In this document: positions 21,640 through 27,500 of the stretch, one piece after another | Layout of the letters: the number at the start of each line of letters is the position of its first letter | Position numbering within the stretch: position 1 is the stretch's first letter | DNA from: Nostoc sp. PCC 7120 = FACHB-418 | GTDB taxonomy: Bacteria; Cyanobacteriota; Cyanobacteriia; Cyanobacteriales; Nostocaceae | Direction of reading: 5' to 3' | Assembly (NCBI RefSeq): GCF_000009705.1 | Contig: NC_003272.1 | Coordinates: 2,250,001 to 2,282,000 of the forward strand | Length of the DNA: 32,000 bases | Program-made: the position numbers and the translations under genes | Notes under the pieces: model-generated | What the model saw: only the letters and a program-made list of their open reading frames with translations | Told to the model about the DNA's origin: nothing | Databases searched by the model: none

Positions 21640-22143
21640 CTACTTCCAAATAATAGGAGCGATCGCCGCCATGAACAAGAGAAAAGCTATTTCTAAAACG
21701 TAGCTGATAAAGACACTGCGATTTAAAAGACCATCCCAGAGATAGCCTTGGCGCTTGGGGTTATTGGTGCGCTTGTGGGTATGCGACCAACTACTGTAAA
21801 TCCCAGGGGTTTTGAAACTATATGTATTAGTGAGAATATACTCAATTTCGTAAACGCGGGGATAGAAACCGCGCTGAAAGTGTTTCCATTGACTTTCGAG
21901 AATCCAGAAAAATAGGGGAATCGTGCAACCGATGAGAGCGATCGCTGTAGCGTTGGGTCTTTGCTGTAACATCAATGTTAAAACACCACCAGTCCCAGTA
22001 ATTCCCAGTGCTTTGATTACCCAAATCTGCTTGTTGTAGTCTTCGATAGTGTTTTGCAGAAAAAAGTATTCCTCCTTGAGCAAGTTTAATTCAAAATCAC
22101 TCAGGGGTTGAGACTGGGTTTCAGTTGGTAATGGGTAAGACAT
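21640..22143 (-). CDS. Hypothetical small membrane protein (3 predicted TM helices)
   Basis: 167 aa. A ~35-aa polar/amphipathic N-terminus is followed by TM1 IWVIKALGITGTGGVLTLML, TM2 AIALIGCTIPLFFWILE and a C-terminal TM VFISYVLEIAFLLFMAAIAPIIW. I recognise no family. Confidence 0.55.
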   Translation of the reverse strand: MSYPLPTETQSQPLSDFELNLLKEEYFFLQNTIEDYNKQIWVIKALGITGTGGVLTLMLQQRPNATAIALIGCTIPLFFWILESQWKHFQRGFYPRVYEIEYILTNTYSFKTPGIYSSWSHTHKRTNNPKRQGYLWDGLLNRSVFISYVLEIAFLLFMAAIAPIIWK

Positions 22144-22263
22144 TGTTGTTAGTAGAGTTCACTGAGATGAAGTTAGCATAAACAGGGCTGAGTGCAAAAG
22201 ATGAACGTAAAATGCTTACCTTAGATGTGTTTCCCCTAGTACAGCAATTCAATCATCCTAGAA

Positions 22264-22350
22264 AGACCCCTCCCCCAACCCCTCCCCGACGCGGAGAGGG
22301 GAGCTAATTCTCCCCCTTCCCTCGTAGGGAAGGGGGTTGGGGGGTTAGGT
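22264..22350 (+). repeat. 87-bp double-hairpin dispersed repeat, intergenic copy
   Basis: The two hairpins are cccctcccc-gacgc-ggagagggg and cccccttccct-cgt-agggaaggggg. It is about 90 percent identical to 23081..23167 in the same orientation. Confidence 0.75.
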
Positions 22351-22392
22351 TTGTGATTACTGAATCGATATTCTAGTGGCTTAAGATGTTCA

Positions 22393-22623
22393 AATACTCG
22401 CCCACGAGATAAAAATACTCGCCCACGAGACAAAAATACTCGCTCACGAGATAAAAATACTCACCCACGAGATAAAAATACTCACTCACGAGATTCTAAT
22501 ACTCACTCACGAGATTCTAATACTCACTCACGAGACAAAAATACTCGCCCACGAGACAAAAATACTCGCCCACGAGATAAAAATACTCGTGAACGAGATG
22601 CTGATACTCGTGAACGAGAATTA
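22393..22623 (+). repeat. Tandem array of 11 x 21 bp (consensus AATACTCGCCCACGAGATAAA)
   Basis: There are exactly 11 contiguous 21-bp units with no spacers. Each holds a small CTCG-N4-CGAG palindrome, and 7 of 11 carry an A5-6 tract. The array ends 148 bp upstream of the ATG at 22772. Confidence 0.95.
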
Positions 22624-22771
22624 TAAACTGAACAATAAAGTTACAATTTAAGTCAGTAAATTAAACCATGTCTATAAAACACACTCACTAGAAGTTAGGT
22701 AAGCAACATTTAATCTTTCTCTCTATCCCTTTCTCTTTCCCCAAAATCAGCATTTCACTATCCGGCACACC

Positions 22772-25700
22772 ATGATCAACTGGAATGACTACCTAGAATC
22801 ACTCTGCAAAGATTATGCCCAATGGTGGAATGCTTACACGTTGACGGATGTAGTAGGACAGCAGCGAATTGAGCAGAAGCGATCGCCCCTACTGTTAGAT
22901 TTTATAGTGCAGACGGTACAATCTGCCAAGGAAGAAAGGAGCGCCAGCCAGGAGCAAGTTGAGCGTTTAGACGTGCTAGCAGGGTTGCGAAAGTATGCTC
23001 AAGAACACGTTTTGCTAGTAGGGCGACCAGGTTCAGGGAAATCGACAGCTTTATTGCGGTTATTGCTAGAAGAAGCGGAGAGACCCCTCCCCCAACCCCT
23101 CCCCGACGCGGAGAGGGGAGTATTAGCTCCCCCTTCCCTTGCAGGGAAGGGGGTCGGGGGGTTAGGTCAAATCCCCATCCTAGTAGAGTTGCGCTATTAC
23201 CAAACCTCAATCCTAGACTTGATTCGGGATTTCTTGAAACGCCATTGCCTACTACTAGACACTGCAACCATAGAACAACTGCTGTTTGACGGGCAATTTT
23301 TGCTGCTGGTAGATGGTATCAACGAATTACCCTCAGAGAAAGCGCGACAAGATTTATATAAATTCCGGCAAGACAACCAAAAAACCACGCCGATGATATT
23401 CACCACGCGGGATTTAGGCGTGGGGGGTGATTTGGGCATTACCAAGAAGCTGGAAATGCAACCCCTGACAGCAGAACAAATGCAGCAATTTGTCCGCGCC
23501 TATTTGCCAGCACAGGGTGAACAGATGTTGCAGAACTTAGGCGACAGGTTGCGGGAGTTTGGGGAAACACCGTTGCTGCTGTTTATGCTGTGTTTATTGT
23601 TTGTTGAAACAGGAGACATCCCGCCGAACTTGGGTTTGCTGTTTCGCGAGTTGACCCAACGTTATAAGAACGAGTTGAAGCCAAATGTCCCAGTTAAAGG
23701 TGTGTCACGGGATCATTGGTCATGGTTATTACAACATTTGGCGTTCAACATGACCAAAGGGGATAAGCTGACAGAATTGAATGTTGCCATACTCAAGTCA
23801 AAAGCAGAGGAAGTTTTAACGCAGCTTTTGAAAGATGAAGGATTTAATCCACCCCGTGACCAAGCATCAGAATCGTTGAAAGATTTACTCAACCATGATT
23901 TAATTCAACTGGCTGCAAATGACCAAATTGAATTTCGCCACCAACTAATTCAGGAATATTACACCGCCGAATGTTTGCTCAAGCTGTTACCAAGCCTCAG
24001 TGATGACTCTCTCCAGCGAGAGTATTTAAATTATTTAAAATGGACTGAACCCCTAAAATTGATGCTGGAATTGGTGGATGATAGGGCGCTGGCGGTGCGA
24101 GTGGTGAACTTAGCCTTAAAGGTAGATTACCAGTTAGGCGCAAAGTTAGCAGGTGCAGCAAAGCCAGAGTTGCAGCAGCAGACAGTTGATTTAATACCTG
24201 GGTTAAAAATTCCTTTATTATTCAAAATCTGCCTTCTAGGTTTAACTAAATCTGAAAAAGCAATTTCTCATCTCAATCCATTACTAGAAGATGAAAACTC
24301 CTCTGTGCGTGATAGTGCGGCATCTGCCCTGGGAGAAATCAAATCAGAGGCGGCGATTCCTGGGCTAATTAAATTACTAGAACATGAAAACTCCTCTGTG
24401 CGTTATAGTGCGGCATCTGCCCTGGGAGAAATCAAATCAGAGGCGGCGATTCCTGGGCTAATTAATTTACTAGAACATGAAAACTTCGATGTGCGTTATC
24501 GTGCGGCATCTGCCCTGGGAGAAATCAAATCAGAGGCGGCGATTCCTGGGCTAATTAATTTACTAGAACATGAAAACTCCTCTGTGCGTTATCGTGCGGC
24601 ATCTGCCCTGGGACAAATCAAATCAGAGCAGGCTATTCTAGGGCTAATTAAATTACTAGAACATGAAAACTCCTCTGTGCGTTATCGTGCGGCATCTGCC
24701 CTGGGACAAATCAAATCAGAGCAGGCTATTCTAGGGCTAATTAAATTACTAGAACATGAAAACTCCGATGTGCGTTATCGTGCGGCATCTGCCCTGGGAG
24801 AAATCAAATCAGAGCAGGCTATTCCTGGGCTAATTAATTTACTAGAACATGAAAACTTCGATGTGCGTTATAGTGCGGCATCTGCCCTGGGAGAAATCAA
24901 ATCAGAGCAGGCTATTCCTGGGCTAATTAATTTACTAGAACATGAAAACTTCGATGTGCGTTATAGTGCGGCATCTGCCCTGGGAGAAATCAAATCAGAG
25001 GCGGCGATTCCTGGGCTAATTAATTTACTAGAACATGAAAACTTCGATGTGCGTTATAGTGCGGCATCTGCCCTGGGAGAAATCAAATCAGAGGCGGCGA
25101 TTCCTGGGCTAATTAATTTACTAGAACATGAAAACTTCGATGTGCGTGATAGTGCGGCATCTGCCCTGGGAGAAATCAAATCAGAGGCGGCGATTCCTGG
25201 GCTAATTAATTTACTAGAACATGAAAACTTCGATGTGCGTTATAGTGCGGCATCTGCCCTGGGAGAAATCAAATCAGAGGCGGCGATTCCTGGGCTAATT
25301 AATTTACTAGAAGATGAAAACTCCGATGTGCGTTATAGTGCGGCATCTGCCCTGGGAGAAATCAAATCAGAGGCGGCGATTCCTGGGCTAATTAATTTAC
25401 TAGAAGATGAAAACTCCCCTGTGCGTAGAAGGGCGGCATCTGCCCTGGGACAAATCAAATCAGAGGCGGCGATTCCTGGGCTAATTAATTTACTAGAAGA
25501 TGAAAACTCCCCTGTGCGTAGAAGGGCGGCATCTGCCCTGGGACAAATCAAATCAGAGGCGGCGATTCCTGGGCTAATTAATTTACTAGAAGATGAAAAC
25601 TCCTCTGTGCGTTATAGTGCGGCATCTTCCCTGGGACAAATCAAATCAGAGCAGGCTATTCTAGGGCTAATTAAATTACTAGAAGATGAAAACTCCTCTG

Positions 25701-27415
25701 TGCGTAGAAGGGCGGCATCTGCCCTGGGAGAAATCAAATCAGAGCAGGCTATTCCAGGGCTAATTAAATTACTAGAACATGAAGACTCCGATGTGCGTTA
25801 TCGTGCGGCATCTGCCCTGGGAGAAATCAAATCAGAGCAGGCTATTCCAGGGCTAATTAAATTACTAGAAGATGAAGACTCATTTGTGCGTTATCGTGCG
25901 GCATCTGCCCTGGGAGAAATCAAATCAGAGCAGGCTATTCTAGGGCTAATTAATTTACTAGAAGATGAAGACTCCTCTGTGCGTTATCGTGCGGCATCTA
26001 CCCTGGGACAAATCAAATCAGAGCAGGCTATTCCAGGGCTAATTAATTTACTAGAAGATGAAAAATCCTCTGTGCGTGATAGTGCGGCATCTGCCCTGGG
26101 AGAAATCAAATCAGAGCAGGCTATTCCAGGGCTAATTAATTTACTAGAAGATGAAAACTCCTCTGTGCGTGATAGTGCGGCATCTGCCCTGGGAGAAATC
26201 AAATCAGAGCAGGCTATTCCTATGCTCATGAATCGGTTAGAAAATGAAGAGTTTGTGTCAGCAAATAATGGGAATACTTTGTATTCTGCACTAGAAGCAC
26301 TGGAAGCAATACAAGAAAACTGTCAATACTATAGATGTCTCACAGAACAGAAACCACAACTATATCTTCCCCCATCCCAGCCAAGTAAAACATCCCTAAT
26401 GTACATCCTCCACCTCTCAGACCTGCACTTCGGCACACCTGACGAAGCCAACAAGTGGTCTAACCAACTAGCGATGGACTTGAAACAAGAACTCCAGATT
26501 CCTCACCTTGATGCCCTCATTCTCTCCGGCGACATCGCCAACAAATCAACCCCCGACGAATACGCAGCCGCCCAAAAATTCCTTGATGAACTTCGCCAAG
26601 ACTTCTCCCTCAAATTTGAGCAAATTATCATCGCCCCTGGTAATCATGACCTCAATTGGCAAATCTCAGAGGAAGAAGGTTACATCCCAACACTTCGCAA
26701 AAAATATCAAGAGTCAATGGATGAGAGTTGTGTAATTGATGATGGTGGTGCATATATTGCAGTTGTAGATCCAGAAAACCACAAAAGACGCTTTGAACAC
26801 TTCAGCAACTTCTACCAAGCCATTAAAAACCAACCCTATCCCCTAGAGTATGAGAAGCAATACACCCTAGACCATTTCCCTAACCAAAACCTACTCATTC
26901 TAGGCTTAAACTCCGCTTGGCAATTGGATCATCATTACAAATCCCGTGCCAGCATTAACATAAATGCACTCACCAACGCCCTCACAGACATTCGCCGCAA
27001 TCAATATTATCAAAACTGCATCAAAATAGCAGTATGGCATCATCCCCTAGATAGCGCCTGGGAAGACCGCATCAAAGACCAAAGCTTCATGGAACAGTTA
27101 GCCGTCGCAGGTTTCCGCTTCTTCCTCCACGGACACGTCCACAAAGCCGAAACTAGCCTCTACCGTTATGATATGAGTGCTAACGGTCGAAAACTTGACC
27201 GCATCTGTGCAGGTACTTTCGGCGCACCCACCCGCGAACTTAACCCCGGTTATCCCTGGCAATACAACCTGCTGAAATTTGCAGACAATAAACTAACCGT
27301 CTACACCCGCCGCCGCGAAGAACTCAACGGCCCATGGAAACCCGATGCACGCTGGCTAATGGGTGCAGGGCAAAATCCATTACCCTACTACGAAGTAATG
27401 ATGGATTACACGTAG
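22772..27415 (+). CDS. STAND NTPase: NACHT + 21 near-identical HEAT repeats + C-terminal calcineurin-like metallophosphoesterase
   Basis: NACHT motifs: Walker A GRPGSGKST, Walker B FLLLVDGINE, MIFTTR and GETPLLLFML. The array has 21 units of LLE(H/D)ENxxVRxxAASALG(E/Q)IKSE(A/Q)AI(P/L)GLI(N/K). The C-terminal ~340 aa carry all five MPE motifs: LSDLHFG, SGDIANK, PGNHD, VWHHP and HGHVH. Confidence 0.9.
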   Translation: MINWNDYLESLCKDYAQWWNAYTLTDVVGQQRIEQKRSPLLLDFIVQTVQSAKEERSASQEQVERLDVLAGLRKYAQEHVLLVGRPGSGKSTALLRLLLEEAERPLPQPLPDAERGVLAPPSLAGKGVGGLGQIPILVELRYYQTSILDLIRDFLKRHCLLLDTATIEQLLFDGQFLLLVDGINELPSEKARQDLYKFRQDNQKTTPMIFTTRDLGVGGDLGITKKLEMQPLTAEQMQQFVRAYLPAQGEQMLQNLGDRLREFGETPLLLFMLCLLFVETGDIPPNLGLLFRELTQRYKNELKPNVPVKGVSRDHWSWLLQHLAFNMTKGDKLTELNVAILKSKAEEVLTQLLKDEGFNPPRDQASESLKDLLNHDLIQLAANDQIEFRHQLIQEYYTAECLLKLLPSLSDDSLQREYLNYLKWTEPLKLMLELVDDRALAVRVVNLALKVDYQLGAKLAGAAKPELQQQTVDLIPGLKIPLLFKICLLGLTKSEKAISHLNPLLEDENSSVRDSAASALGEIKSEAAIPGLIKLLEHENSSVRYSAASALGEIKSEAAIPGLINLLEHENFDVRYRAASALGEIKSEAAIPGLINLLEHENSSVRYRAASALGQIKSEQAILGLIKLLEHENSSVRYRAASALGQIKSEQAILGLIKLLEHENSDVRYRAASALGEIKSEQAIPGLINLLEHENFDVRYSAASALGEIKSEQAIPGLINLLEHENFDVRYSAASALGEIKSEAAIPGLINLLEHENFDVRYSAASALGEIKSEAAIPGLINLLEHENFDVRDSAASALGEIKSEAAIPGLINLLEHENFDVRYSAASALGEIKSEAAIPGLINLLEDENSDVRYSAASALGEIKSEAAIPGLINLLEDENSPVRRRAASALGQIKSEAAIPGLINLLEDENSPVRRRAASALGQIKSEAAIPGLINLLEDENSSVRYSAASSLGQIKSEQAILGLIKLLEDENSSVRRRAASALGEIKSEQAIPGLIKLLEHEDSDVRYRAASALGEIKSEQAIPGLIKLLEDEDSFVRYRAASALGEIKSEQAILGLINLLEDEDSSVRYRAASTLGQIKSEQAIPGLINLLEDEKSSVRDSAASALGEIKSEQAIPGLINLLEDENSSVRDSAASALGEIKSEQAIPMLMNRLENEEFVSANNGNTLYSALEALEAIQENCQYYRCLTEQKPQLYLPPSQPSKTSLMYILHLSDLHFGTPDEANKWSNQLAMDLKQELQIPHLDALILSGDIANKSTPDEYAAAQKFLDELRQDFSLKFEQIIIAPGNHDLNWQISEEEGYIPTLRKKYQESMDESCVIDDGGAYIAVVDPENHKRRFEHFSNFYQAIKNQPYPLEYEKQYTLDHFPNQNLLILGLNSAWQLDHHYKSRASININALTNALTDIRRNQYYQNCIKIAVWHHPLDSAWEDRIKDQSFMEQLAVAGFRFFLHGHVHKAETSLYRYDMSANGRKLDRICAGTFGAPTRELNPGYPWQYNLLKFADNKLTVYTRRREELNGPWKPDARWLMGAGQNPLPYYEVMMDYT
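23081..23167 (+). mobile_element. 87-bp double-hairpin repeat inserted in frame within the NACHT domain
   Basis: It encodes RPLPQPLPDAERGVLAPPSLAGKGVGGLG (29 codons, no stop) between the Walker A helix (..LLLEEAE) and the next strand (QIPILVELR). The paralogue at 4768..8541 has only about 10 residues at this point. Confidence 0.75.
24281..26233 (+). repeat. 21 x 93-bp near-perfect tandem coding repeats (HEAT array)
   Basis: The period is exactly 93 bp, and unit n starts at 24281+93(n-1). Units 4 and 5 (24560..24745) and units 13 and 14 (25397..25582) are identical neighbouring pairs. A degenerate capping unit follows. Confidence 0.95.
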
Positions 27416-27460
27416 TGGTATGGCAAGGCTAAAATGTTGCATTTTTTTCGGGAAATGGTA

Positions 27461-27481
27461 TGAGTCTCAAATGGAGACTCA
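27461..27481. terminator. Hairpin between the convergent NACHT-MPE gene and cyaB1
   Basis: tgagtctc-aaatg-gagactca, an 8-bp perfect stem with a 5-nt loop, followed on the + strand by cctgaattttgaatt. Confidence 0.5.
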
Positions 27482-27500
27482 CCTGAATTTTGAATTGATA

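Noticed and set aside
22236-22433. 65-aa − strand ORF (MSRGRVFLSRGRVF...PNPPTPFPTREGGELAPLSASGRGWGRG)
   Set aside because: It starts inside the 21-bp tandem array and reads through the 87-bp hairpin repeat, so it consists entirely of translated repeats.
22393-22623. Possible CRISPR array, given its regular short repeats
   Set aside because: The 21-bp units are directly contiguous with no unique spacers. The unit is shorter than typical CRISPR repeats, and there are no cas genes in the window. It is a plain tandem repeat.
25333-26229. Antisense ORFs inside the HEAT array (ICPRADAALLRTGEFSSSSKLISPG... repeats)
   Set aside because: The open antisense frames result from the 93-bp periodic sequence. 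The sense frame has coherent NACHT/HEAT/MPE domain logic.
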